From assembly GCA_039189765.1 (NCBI GenBank), contig JBCCYL010000008.1, positions 64,001 through 128,000 on the forward strand: a stretch of DNA of 64,000 bases. The letters are read 5' to 3'. The notes beneath the pieces are model-generated. The model was not told the origin of the DNA. It worked only from the letters and a program-made list of their open reading frames with translations, and made no database searches. The translations under genes were made by a program, and so were the position numbers. Positions 20,277-29,593 of this stretch are shown here, piece after piece (the stretch's first letter is position 1; every line of letters begins with the position of its first letter). Source of the DNA: Cyanobacteria bacterium P01_F01_bin.150. Its GTDB lineage: Bacteria; Cyanobacteriota; Cyanobacteriia; CAKZMO01.

Positions 20277-20318
20277 TTTGCCTTCTGCCTTCTGCCTTCT
20301 GCCTTCTACCTTCTGCCT
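20277..20318. repeat. Heptamer tandem repeat (GCCTTCT)n
   Basis: About 6 units directly after the kinase stop codon; the reverse complement occurs at 28149-28188. Confidence 0.85.
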
Positions 20319-21728
20319 TTAATTGAGGCGTTGATGGGCGATCGCTAGGCTATTGGCATCTCCTACGTTGCCAGGAAAGAGAAGTACGGGCAAGCGGGGA
20401 AACTTTGAATGGGAGGTATCTGTACAGACTAAACAGCATCCTGGCAAAATTTGTCCCAGAAGCTGTACCGACTGCAACCCTAAGCCGTGACTTAAGGTGT
20501 TGTTGGATGTAATTCCTCCCTTGCTAATCAAAAAACTAATCGTACTCGGTAAGTCTTTGACAATATCGATCAACAGATCAGCCACCGTTTGACTAAATTG
20601 AAGACGTTGTTCAGATTTTTCAAATGTAATTTCATCTCGACTGGTGTACACAACGACACTTTGACCCAGACGGTGGGCCGTATGAATTTTGGCCAGGGTG
20701 TCATTGAGCAATTGTTGATAAATTGGTTGTACATCAGCCAAGATTGAGTTGGGTGATGTCACATTTGCATTCACTTGTTGTAAAGTCTGGGGATGAGGCG
20801 ATGCCTGAGGCATAACAAAGGCCCAAATATTTACTTCAATCCCGCACACCCGTGGCTCTTGGAGCAATACCTGGAGTTGTTTTGTGGTTTTGCTCACATA
20901 GGACCCCACAAGCACAACACCGGGTCGAGAGTTACGCATATCTTGGCCAAACAATTCAGACAAGATCGGCTGGGGTGGAAGCTGGGCTAAAGATGTGAGC
21001 AGGCTGGCGGCACTGCGAAACAGAAAACGTTTGCCCTGATCGGCAGCAGTAAGACAGTCTGTAGCAAAATTATCTAAGTCAGTTTGAGCTTCAGCGTCAA
21101 CGACTACACATTGATTCTGCTCAAAAGTTAGTAGCTGATCGACACATCCCTTCTGGAGATCCGCAGAAAGCATTCGATAAACAGACGATGCAGCGATCGC
21201 CCCTCCTGTTTTTTCTTCGACATAATCCGGTAAGAAACTATGACTAAATGGGAAAATAGCATCTTGAGCAAACTCTGTTTTATGCACAGGCATATCAATC
21301 ACGTTGCCCTGATCATCTTCGCTCTTAACATAATGAATGCTATTGCGGGTGAAACGTCCCCCTTCAAAAAAGGCTGGCACTAGAAAATGAGCATCAAAGG
21401 GTCCCAGTTCATCCGCAATGGTGTCCGTTTCTAATGGATAGTGGCCCCGCAGGGTGGAATCGGAACGGCTAACGATTAGACACTTATCAAGACATTCGTG
21501 GGCGATCGCGTCTTTTAGATTACGGCAAACATCACGGGTCACCTGTTCTGCCTGGGCTGGAGAAAGTGATCGGGTGTTGGTGAGAATAAATACGATGGGG
21601 CTGGGGTCCCGAAGACCCATACATAAGGTGTCTACATCCCACTGCATCAGCAATAAACAACTATGGACAGTTTGCGACCCTGTCGGATCGTCATCAAGAA
21701 CAATAATTTTCGGACGTTGGTTTGACAT
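20319..21728 (-). CDS. Four-carbon acid sugar kinase family (DUF1537)
   Basis: IIVLDDDPTGSQTV, SRSDSTLRGH, VGSYV..T..QL, SKGGITS, FPGNVG. Confidence 0.92.
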   Translation of the reverse strand: MSNQRPKIIVLDDDPTGSQTVHSCLLLMQWDVDTLCMGLRDPSPIVFILTNTRSLSPAQAEQVTRDVCRNLKDAIAHECLDKCLIVSRSDSTLRGHYPLETDTIADELGPFDAHFLVPAFFEGGRFTRNSIHYVKSEDDQGNVIDMPVHKTEFAQDAIFPFSHSFLPDYVEEKTGGAIAASSVYRMLSADLQKGCVDQLLTFEQNQCVVVDAEAQTDLDNFATDCLTAADQGKRFLFRSAASLLTSLAQLPPQPILSELFGQDMRNSRPGVVLVGSYVSKTTKQLQVLLQEPRVCGIEVNIWAFVMPQASPHPQTLQQVNANVTSPNSILADVQPIYQQLLNDTLAKIHTAHRLGQSVVVYTSRDEITFEKSEQRLQFSQTVADLLIDIVKDLPSTISFLISKGGITSNNTLSHGLGLQSVQLLGQILPGCCLVCTDTSHSKFPRLPVLLFPGNVGDANSLAIAHQRLN

Positions 21729-22594
21729 TAGGGATTCAGGTGACGGTGAGGAATCAAAGAGTGAGGCTTCTCTAGACCATGAGCCAGCATTAGTTCCTCA
21801 TTGCCCATAATCACTTGGGGAATCCCGTCTGCAATAATCTGGCCTTCGTCGAGTAAAAGGACGCGATCGCACACTTCCAACAAAAACTCCAGGTCATGGG
21901 ACGATATCAGCATGGTTTCCTGGGACGTTTGCAAAAACTGAATTAGGCGACGACGAGCGCGTAAATCTAGGTTAGCCGACGGTTCATCATAAATAATCAG
22001 CTCCGGCAACATCGAGAGCACAGAAGCGATCGCCACCATCCGCTTCTCGCCACCCGAAAGATGATGGGGCGCATGCTGTTTATGGTCTATCATCCCCGTT
22101 AGTTCCAAGGCCATTTGAGTCCGGGTCTGCACTTCATCGGGAGCCAACCCCATATTTTCTGGGCCAAAAGCGACATCGGCTTCAACTGTTGCGGAAAAAA
22201 GCTGATCGTCTGGATTCTGAAAGACCAAGCCGAGTTCAGGGCGAAATTCTCCTTGAACGACAGGTTGACCAAATAAAGAAATTGCCCCTGATTTAAGGGG
22301 TAAAATTCCACAAATTGTCATAAATAACGATGTTTTACCCGCACCATTAGGACCAATAATGCCAAGCTTTTCCCCTGCACTCACCATAAACGATAGTCCG
22401 TCTAATGTTGGCGGATATCCTGGATAAGCAAACGTGAGAGTTTGAACGTCAAGAATCACCGACCCCAGATCACCAGCCACAGAAACATCGGAGAAATGGG
22501 ACGTAATGAACCGATCAACAGGGCCATTTTGCTCATTAGCCTTGAATGGATCGTTATTTTGAGGAGATGAAGGAGAAGATTTAAGTTGTGTCAT
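21728..22594 (-). CDS. ECF transporter ATPase (CbiO/NikO)
   Basis: GPNGAGKT, VFQNPDDQLF, LSGGEKRMVAIA, DEP, SHD; start chosen at 22594. Confidence 0.9.
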   Translation of the reverse strand: MTQLKSSPSSPQNNDPFKANEQNGPVDRFITSHFSDVSVAGDLGSVILDVQTLTFAYPGYPPTLDGLSFMVSAGEKLGIIGPNGAGKTSLFMTICGILPLKSGAISLFGQPVVQGEFRPELGLVFQNPDDQLFSATVEADVAFGPENMGLAPDEVQTRTQMALELTGMIDHKQHAPHHLSGGEKRMVAIASVLSMLPELIIYDEPSANLDLRARRRLIQFLQTSQETMLISSHDLEFLLEVCDRVLLLDEGQIIADGIPQVIMGNEELMLAHGLEKPHSLIPHRHLNP

Positions 22595-22692
22595 AGGAGG
22601 ATAGTCTGAAATCGCCTTTAGGCGTGGGTACCAGTGAAATGAAGAAAAAGTCAATCCTTACACGATTGACAGTATTGGCAAGAAGCCTGACA

Positions 22693-23589
22693 CTACGTCA
22701 TTGCAGTGCTTCCATGACTGAGCCAATAGTTTGCAGCCAGAAGGCTAATAGCAACCAACAGTGAACAAAAAAGCGCGATCGCATCCCAGGTATACGTCGA
22801 CAGTAGAATATGAGGTTTTAAATTTTGGCCATTGGATTTTGGCGTAAAGCTGTGGGGCCGATATCCATATCCTCGAAGTCGCATGGCTTGATAAACACGC
22901 TCTGATTGCTCATAACTGCGAATAAAAAGTGTTCCTGCCAACGTTGCCAGGATCATGGTCTGATTGGTCAGCGATCGAATATGAATGGGAAGACTGGAGG
23001 ATTCTGTCGAAGAAAGTTGAGGCGATCGCTGAGGGACTTGCTGAGGCGATGAAAGAACCCGAAATCCTCTTAATGTCATGGCCCGTCGCATGCGATCTAA
23101 ATTTGCCAAAATCTCAAACAGATATCGATAGGACAACAGCATCATATCGGTCAGCAGAGCGGGAACTCCCAGTGCTCTAAATGCTTTCACAAGCTTTAGA
23201 AAAGGCGTTGTCCCCAACACAATAAAACCAAGAGTGACACTACATAAAAACCGTCCAGCAATTAATAAAGACGAAAGTAGTCCTTCTCTCCATAGAGTGA
23301 GGGGTCCCCACTGCCATAGAGGAGTCTCACCAGAGAGCCACGGAATAAATAAGACAATGCCCACAAGGAAAAACCCCGGATAGCGGAGACGGGATTGGAG
23401 AAATGACATGGGTAAACATGCAAGTCTGTAGACTAATCCAACAATCAGCACCATCCATGGCAACAGCCACAAGGATTTCACCGCAGCAAATGCCATCATC
23501 AGCCCCACTAAACCAATCACCTTAAAGCGAGCATCCCACTGGTGGACCCACGAATCTAAATTAGTACAATCATCAAACTGAATCTTCAT
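22693..23589 (-). CDS. ECF transporter T component (CbiQ/NikQ)
   Basis: WDARFK, TTPF, YRYLF..., AM.LRGF, RSYEQSERVYQAMRLRGY. Confidence 0.9.
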   Translation of the reverse strand: MKIQFDDCTNLDSWVHQWDARFKVIGLVGLMMAFAAVKSLWLLPWMVLIVGLVYRLACLPMSFLQSRLRYPGFFLVGIVLFIPWLSGETPLWQWGPLTLWREGLLSSLLIAGRFLCSVTLGFIVLGTTPFLKLVKAFRALGVPALLTDMMLLSYRYLFEILANLDRMRRAMTLRGFRVLSSPQQVPQRSPQLSSTESSSLPIHIRSLTNQTMILATLAGTLFIRSYEQSERVYQAMRLRGYGYRPHSFTPKSNGQNLKPHILLSTYTWDAIALFCSLLVAISLLAANYWLSHGSTAMT

Positions 23590-23769
23590 GTAGTCCTGTC
23601 CACATATCAACTTTAAAGGGTATCTAAGAAGGCTCCCAGCCCCTTTGACTGGCAAGTCTGACTGACAAGAATTTCAGTCGAAAGAGCTAAAGTCCCTGTA
23701 GCTCCTGTCCAGTGAGGATTATAATCGACTTCGCGGTCACCCTCTTATGAAGCCAAGCCCGCCTCCGGA

Positions 23770-24522
23770 CTATCCTGTCCGTTGCTCGGTCTGCTGATGG
23801 GCTTGCGGATGAGACGACTGCCCCCTCGTTCGGTCACCTGGCGAATCCAGCAGCTCTGGCTTTGTACGCAAAATAAACACGACAAACGATCCAGTAAATA
23901 GACCTTCTATGATCGCGAGCGGCAAATTAACCAAGGTCATCAAAGAAATAGCAGCCTGCTCGGTCGCAGCGTTTATATCCGCAGGAATCGTCGAAATAAC
24001 CAGAGCAAAAAACAGTAGGGCCGCCCCCATCACCCCCACAAATCCAGCTACCCCTCCAAACAAACCGTGCAGCATTCGAGTCGGAACTCTACCCCCAGCC
24101 GTCATCTTGGGAATTAACCAATGTCGCGATTCAAATAAATGATGAGCTAAGAGAGCAGGTACTCCTAGCAATAAAGTATTCAGTCCTAATGTGGTTAATC
24201 CACCATGACCCAGCAACAATGCTTGAAACAGTAAGCCACTGACAATTGCTGGAATTGCATAATATCCCAGGACAACTCCCAACAGACCATTCATTAAAAA
24301 GTGAATCGTTCCCAAGGGAGGAGGCCCTGGCAAGTAAAGTGATGAAGCCACAAAAAATGTTGCTGTTAATAGGGCCGCTTTAGGAATGGTTCGAGACACA
24401 CCAGCCGGATGGCGACGGGACTGAAGCTCAATACGGCGGAGTGAATACCCGATGAGGGGTACGGCGATCGCATACCCAACGACACTGACTTGAGCAGGTA
24501 GAATTCCATCGGGGATATGCAT
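23770..24522 (-). CDS. ECF transporter S component (NikM/CbiM)
   Basis: MHIPDG N-terminus, H..MNGLLG, GHGGLTTLGLN; multiple TM helices. Confidence 0.9.
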   Translation of the reverse strand: MHIPDGILPAQVSVVGYAIAVPLIGYSLRRIELQSRRHPAGVSRTIPKAALLTATFFVASSLYLPGPPPLGTIHFLMNGLLGVVLGYYAIPAIVSGLLFQALLLGHGGLTTLGLNTLLLGVPALLAHHLFESRHWLIPKMTAGGRVPTRMLHGLFGGVAGFVGVMGAALLFFALVISTIPADINAATEQAAISLMTLVNLPLAIIEGLFTGSFVVFILRTKPELLDSPGDRTRGQSSHPQAHQQTEQRTG

Positions 24523-24784
24523 TAGGTCTGATTCCTCTGATTAGTCTCACTTATATTTAGTGTTAGGGCTATTGGGGTTTCTACACAGGTTATTTGGGAT
24601 TTATTAATGGTTTTGTTAAAGCTGAGTAATGTTTTTCAAAAACATCACCTGAACTACCCATTGAGTCTCCCAGTCATTAACCGACAAATTATAGATTTAT
24701 TTAAAATTTCATTTTAAGGTGTCACAATGCCGTTTTAAAGTAATGACTCCAGAGCATCATTTAGGCTTTATACGTAGAATTTAA

Positions 24785-24864
24785 AGGTATCAACTTTAGG
24801 TGGGGAGTGTGGACACAGCATGCCCACACTAACGCTGATTGTGTTTCACCTTAAAACAAAACCC
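24785..24864 (-). mobile_element. Family A element
   Basis: AGGTATCAACTTTAGG...CCTTAAAACAAAACCC, 80 bp, GAATTTA on both sides. Confidence 0.75.
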
Positions 24865-24868
24865 GAAT

Positions 24869-25354
24869 TTAGAAATGAGAATGCTCTGGAGTGGCTGTAG
24901 TTTGGAGTGGCTGTTGCCGTCTAGAAAAGAATAGGGCGGTTCCCACAAAACCCCATACAACTGCTGCAATTGTCAACCACTTTTGCAGAGGAGTGTTGTC
25001 TGAACGAGATAGCTGTCGAATAGCACCATCTTCTTGGACATTAATTCGCAGTAATTCTCCATGACCTGCTAAACGCGCCTGAATATCCCAAGTACCGGGT
25101 ATATTTGGATCTGGCGTAAATAAAAAGTAGCCATTTTCATTCGTAAGCGTCTGTAGCCAAACGTTTTGCGGATCCGTGGGAGCATAAACATTGATTTGAG
25201 CATTGGCCATTGGCTCGCCGGATTCATATGTGACTTGAACCTGAAACGAGGGAATTGGCGTTGCCTCCATTAATACTCCATGGGCCAATGTTCTAGAAGA
25301 CCAATTGATGCCAGTCACGAGTATTAGCAAGGAAAGAACAAATTGCAGTTTCAT
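24869..25354 (-). CDS. NikL/CbiL-like accessory component (signal peptide, Ig-like domain, C-terminal TM)
   Basis: Mature N-terminus AHG, Y.SGEPM..A...VYAP, G.F.F.PD...G.W...GHG, C-terminal TM; upstream of the M/Q/O genes. Confidence 0.75.
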   Translation of the reverse strand: MKLQFVLSLLILVTGINWSSRTLAHGVLMEATPIPSFQVQVTYESGEPMANAQINVYAPTDPQNVWLQTLTNENGYFLFTPDPNIPGTWDIQARLAGHGELLRINVQEDGAIRQLSRSDNTPLQKWLTIAAVVWGFVGTALFFSRRQQPLQTTATPEHSHF

Positions 25355-25763
25355 CAGTATTTATTCCTTGAGGGTTGTCGTCGTACAGTGTCCTTCTCCA
25401 ACATGTCCCATCCCAAGTCATGCATTTGACAATTGAGCACAATCATTAAGAGCTAGCGAGGATTTATGCCCATCTCAATCCATTTCTGATGCGGATTAAT
25501 TTGAAAATATTGTCCCCTAACTTTATGGCTTATGGAGAGAACCTTAGGGAGAACTTCAGACTGTTACTCTATCACCCATGACCACGCTAGCATTGAACCT
25601 TGACTACAACCGTGCCAAACCCGCATAAATAGCGTCAAAGTTCTACAAATCTCTATTATGGACGCTATACTTAGATATATAATATATCAAGAGTCATGTC
25701 ATCTACATCAAGCTCAAGGTTTTATTCTTCACCATTGAGAATTTCTACTTTATGTTGCAATTA

Positions 25764-25843
25764 GAGTGCCAACGCAAGGCGAAATATAAACAAACGGTAG
25801 TGGGAGCGCGACGTGCCTTCACTGACCGCCTAAAGTTGATCAA
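25764..25843 (+). mobile_element. Family A element with a 12-bp flanking direct repeat
   Basis: AAGGCGAAATA...CCGCCTAAAGTTGAT; ATGTTGCAATTA at 25752-25763 and 25844-25855. Confidence 0.78.
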
Positions 25844-25937
25844 ATGTTGCAATTAACGGTGATTCTTAGACGAATAACATGGAACAAAGCTATAACTCTG
25901 TCATGTTTTCAGCGCTTCTATATCTGATGAATTGCAT

Positions 25938-26513
25938 ATGGTTTCCCAACTCCCTCGCACAGACCATCGAACAGATCATCGAATATCTCCCTCTGCTAAA
26001 CAACGCTTTCCACATTTAGTCGAAGGGCTGATTCAAGTCTTCACTGGACCCCGCCGTCGTTTTTTCGCTAACGTAATGGCCCAAGCCTTACAGCAAGCGG
26101 GCCAGGGAACGTCTGTGCTGATCGTTCAATTCCTCAAAGGGGGGATTAATCAAGGCCCTGACAATCCAACTCAACTCGCTCAAAATCTTATCTGGCTACG
26201 CTGTAATGTGGCCCGATGCATTACCACTGCTGAGCTGGAGCCTGATGAAATATCAGCCCTTCAAGAGTTGTGGCACTATACGAAAATGCTTGTTAAGCAA
26301 GGAAAATATTCATTGGTTATCTTGGATGAACTCAGTGTAGCCATCGAACTCGGGTTAATTCCGTTGGATGAAGTCTTGCACTTGCTAAACGACAGACCCA
26401 GCCATGTTGATGTCACATTGTGTGGTCCCCATATGCCCACTGTAATTATGGATATGGCGGATCAAGTCACCGAGCTACGCCAAAGTCCCCGTTTAGCAGA
26501 GATGATATCTTAG
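25938..26513 (+). CDS. CobO/BtuR (cobalamin adenosyltransferase)-like protein with degenerate P-loop
   Basis: GLIQVFTG, VQFLKGG, LVILDEL, RP.HV.V.L.G, ADQVTE; GxGKGKT replaced by GPRRRFF. Confidence 0.8.
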   Translation: MVSQLPRTDHRTDHRISPSAKQRFPHLVEGLIQVFTGPRRRFFANVMAQALQQAGQGTSVLIVQFLKGGINQGPDNPTQLAQNLIWLRCNVARCITTAELEPDEISALQELWHYTKMLVKQGKYSLVILDELSVAIELGLIPLDEVLHLLNDRPSHVDVTLCGPHMPTVIMDMADQVTELRQSPRLAEMIS

Positions 26514-26632
26514 CCCATCCCAATTGGGATTAAAGACTTAAGCCGAAAGCAATTAACGTGATACCGGGTTATAAAGTACACCAGTATCGTCTATTAAACG
26601 ATAAAGCCCAAAATTATTTAGGACACTGGTTT

Positions 26633-27241
26633 ATGATCAAGAACGATAAATGGATCGCCCACATGGCAGATCAAGGGATGATTGCACCGTTTGAACCCCA
26701 GCTTGTTCGTCAAGTTAAATCCTCTGATATAGATGCTTCAGCTCATTTACGGCCCGTAATTAGTTATGGACTATCGTCCTATGGCTACGATATTCGCTTG
26801 TCTCCATCTGAATTCCGGCTTTTTCAACATGTGCCTGGGACCGTGGTCGATCCAAAGCAGTTTAATGCAAACAATTTGCGCCCAGCTACCCTTCACGCAG
26901 ATGAGTCGGGTGATTTTTTTATATTGCCCGCCCATTCTTACGGATTGGGGGTCGCCATGGAAAAGCTAAGCGTGCCCGATTACATTACGGTCATCTGCAT
27001 TGGCAAATCTACCTATGCTCGTTGCGGAATTATTGCCAACCTGACCCCTGCGGAAGCTGAATGGCGGGGACATTTGACCTTAGAGTTCTCCAACTCCTCT
27101 AGTGCAGACTGCCGCATTTATGCCAATGAGGGAATCGTACAGTTATTGTTTTTGGAGGGAGAGCCTTGCGAAGTCAGCTACAACACTCGCCAAGGCAAGT
27201 ATCAAGATCAGCCTGAGGCAGTCACGTTAGCCAGAGTGTAG
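26633..27241 (+). CDS. dcd: dCTP deaminase
   Basis: ISYGLSSYGYDIRL, GKSTYARCG, W.GHLTLEFSN, YANEG, GKYQ.Q. Confidence 0.95.
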   Translation: MIKNDKWIAHMADQGMIAPFEPQLVRQVKSSDIDASAHLRPVISYGLSSYGYDIRLSPSEFRLFQHVPGTVVDPKQFNANNLRPATLHADESGDFFILPAHSYGLGVAMEKLSVPDYITVICIGKSTYARCGIIANLTPAEAEWRGHLTLEFSNSSSADCRIYANEGIVQLLFLEGEPCEVSYNTRQGKYQDQPEAVTLARV

Positions 27242-27412
27242 GTGCGTATCTCTCCGTGTTACGCCCGCCTGTTGGCGCTCGAATCTTTAGCGTAATTCTA
27301 GAAATCACGCAGATTTTGCACGTTATGCTGCTTTGCATATGAGCATTAGAGTCACGCAGCGTAATTGTGAAGATTGCGATGTCAATAGAAAAAATATAGA
27401 GGATGTGGGATT

Positions 27413-28135
27413 GTGGATCGATTTCGGATTGATGTGATTGCGGCAACGGAAAATCCGCAGCAAGTCATTTGGGCTGCTATGCACCAAGATTATTCTGAGG
27501 AATTTGTGGTGAATGAGCGCGATCGCTGGCCCGATGAGACCCAGGCTGGAGAGCTGGTCGTTAAGCATCTCCTAGCGGGCAATCGAGGGCATTATGGTCC
27601 TCTCGAACATCCTCAAATCACCTTTAACGTGGGCTATTTTCCCCATTCGATGATGCAGCAAGTTCGTACTCATCGGGTCGGAATTTCTTTTGACTGTCAG
27701 TCATTTAGGTACACAGGAACTAGAATCGTTGATGTCGTCAAGGGCGATCGCGACGTGGAGGACGTCTTTTACCTCCGCCCCGTCGGGAAGTATTACAACC
27801 GCAAGGGTAAGCACTATGAATACACGACAGACCAGCGCGAATCAGATTTGCAGTGGTGTCGTGAAGCCTGTCAACGATACCATCAGCGGGTGCAAGAAGG
27901 AGTAGTGGAAGAACATGCCCGGGGCTTAATTCCCTTTGATGCCCGCCAGCACTTTGTCGTGAGTTGTAATACGCGATCGCTGATGCATCTGCTAGACCTG
28001 CGCTGGAAAAAAGATGCTCAGCTAGAAGCTCAAAAATTTTGTGAATTGCTGTTTGATCATTTTGAACAGTGGAGTCCAGCGATCGCCCAGTGGTACCAGG
28101 AAAATCGGGCTAAAAAAGCCCGTTTATCGCCCTAA
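27413..28135 (+). CDS. thyX: FAD-dependent thymidylate synthase
   Basis: GHYGPLEH, Q.RTHRVGISFD.QSFRY, EHARGLIP, N.RSLMH.LDLR...AQLE. Confidence 0.93.
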   Translation: MDRFRIDVIAATENPQQVIWAAMHQDYSEEFVVNERDRWPDETQAGELVVKHLLAGNRGHYGPLEHPQITFNVGYFPHSMMQQVRTHRVGISFDCQSFRYTGTRIVDVVKGDRDVEDVFYLRPVGKYYNRKGKHYEYTTDQRESDLQWCREACQRYHQRVQEGVVEEHARGLIPFDARQHFVVSCNTRSLMHLLDLRWKKDAQLEAQKFCELLFDHFEQWSPAIAQWYQENRAKKARLSP

Positions 28136-28148
28136 GCAAATTTTATGA

Positions 28149-28188
28149 AAGGCAGAAGGCAGAAGGCAGAAGGGTGAAAGGCAGAAGG
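28149..28188. repeat. Heptamer tandem repeat (AGAAGGC)n
   Basis: Between convergent thyX and glycosyltransferase genes. Confidence 0.8.
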
Positions 28189-28218
28189 CGCGTTTTTGAT
28201 TAAATTACCAACCAGCAA

Positions 28219-29469
28219 TTAGAGGTTGAAGCCCATGCTTTTGAGTGCCTGGCTTAAGCGATGGGCTTCCTGGGGGTTGTTGTTTTGATGGAGGGCGATC
28301 GCCTGCTTAAATGCAGCCAGTGCTTGGGACAATTGGCCTAGCTTGAGAGAAGCAACACCTAAATTTTGGTGGGCTTCAGCATAGTCTGGAGCAAGCTGAA
28401 TCGCCTTTTGATAATGGGCAATCGCCTCGACAAACTGGCCTATTGCTTTATAGGTCATGCCTAAATTGTAGTGAGCGATGACGAATTCTGGATCGATGGC
28501 GATAGCCTGTTTGTAAATTTGCCGAGCAGAGGATAAATCACCTGTGAGTTGTTTAAGGGAACCAAGATTGATGTAAGCACCTAATTTCAGGGATTCCAGC
28601 AGAGGTTGCTCTAGGGCTTGTTCGTAATGATATTGAGCGTTGTCTAATTGCTGTTGTCTACGATAGGCAATTCCCAAATGGTAATGCAGCTCATAGGCAA
28701 TAGCGACATTATCACTGCGTTTATCGTGAGAGCGATTATTCCTCTCCACCTTATCTTGCTGTTGATTTGCGTTGATTGCCATCAAACCCTGCATCAACAA
28801 CCGCTGCCCCTTGGCCACTTCCCCCATTTGCACATATAGCGCTCCTAACTTACTACATACATAGGCATCTTTGGAATGTTTGGCTAAGAATTTTTCCATC
28901 GCAACCCTGGCCCGCTTTTGTTTATTGTGGTGGGCGATCGCCGCTGATTGATAGCCTTGGTGGTAGATCATCACCGTAGGAATTTCAGCGATTTGCCAAT
29001 GGGGTTCATCACAGAGTAAATCAGCAACACTATCGTCAATCATGGCGTGGTAAGGACGACTGAAGCGTACTTTAGGATGCTTACGAAATAACCGTGATAC
29101 AGACGAATAAGGCGACTGTGCTGCGCCGACCTCCTGCCGAAGCAAATTCACGACCAAGCAATCCTCAGCTTGAATGGCCTGTTGAATCATTGCTTTTGCT
29201 CCGGGCACAAGCTGCTCATCAGCATCCAGTACCAAAATCCAATCCCCACTGGCATGCTCCAAAGAGACATTACGAGCAGCCGCAAAATCATCGATCCAGT
29301 CAAAATGATAAACTTGAGCATTAAACTGATGGGCGATCGCTACTGTTCCATCCGTCGAGCCAGTATCCAGGACAATAACTTCATCTACAATGTCTACAAC
29401 GCTCTCTAGACAGCTAGGAAGTTGAGTTTCTTCGTCTTTGGCAATTAGACACAAACTAAGGGTGGGCAT
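28219..29469 (-). CDS. GT2 glycosyltransferase with TPR repeats
   Basis: LSLCLIAKDE, LDTGSTD, DFAAARN, LDADE; C-terminal TPRs. Confidence 0.92.
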   Translation of the reverse strand: MPTLSLCLIAKDEETQLPSCLESVVDIVDEVIVLDTGSTDGTVAIAHQFNAQVYHFDWIDDFAAARNVSLEHASGDWILVLDADEQLVPGAKAMIQQAIQAEDCLVVNLLRQEVGAAQSPYSSVSRLFRKHPKVRFSRPYHAMIDDSVADLLCDEPHWQIAEIPTVMIYHQGYQSAAIAHHNKQKRARVAMEKFLAKHSKDAYVCSKLGALYVQMGEVAKGQRLLMQGLMAINANQQQDKVERNNRSHDKRSDNVAIAYELHYHLGIAYRRQQQLDNAQYHYEQALEQPLLESLKLGAYINLGSLKQLTGDLSSARQIYKQAIAIDPEFVIAHYNLGMTYKAIGQFVEAIAHYQKAIQLAPDYAEAHQNLGVASLKLGQLSQALAAFKQAIALHQNNNPQEAHRLSQALKSMGFNL

Positions 29470-29593
29470 AGGGTTAAATCTAGATGATCCCGACAACGGA
29501 GAGGTACACATTTGGATAGTATTAAGGTAAGCCCATGAATGAATTTTTGCTACCACAATAGGAACATCAGGTCCACGGCAACGGAAATCCACA

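Noticed and set aside
25355..25937. Cobalamin riboswitch upstream of the ECF cluster or CobO-like gene
   Set aside because: No recognisable B12-box by eye on either strand; the structured part is a family A element. An Rfam scan would be needed to exclude it fully
26633..28135. Prophage nucleotide-metabolism module (dcd, thyX, with ssb elsewhere)
   Set aside because: No phage structural, integrase or replication genes; these look like ordinary chromosomal cyanobacterial genes containing HIP1
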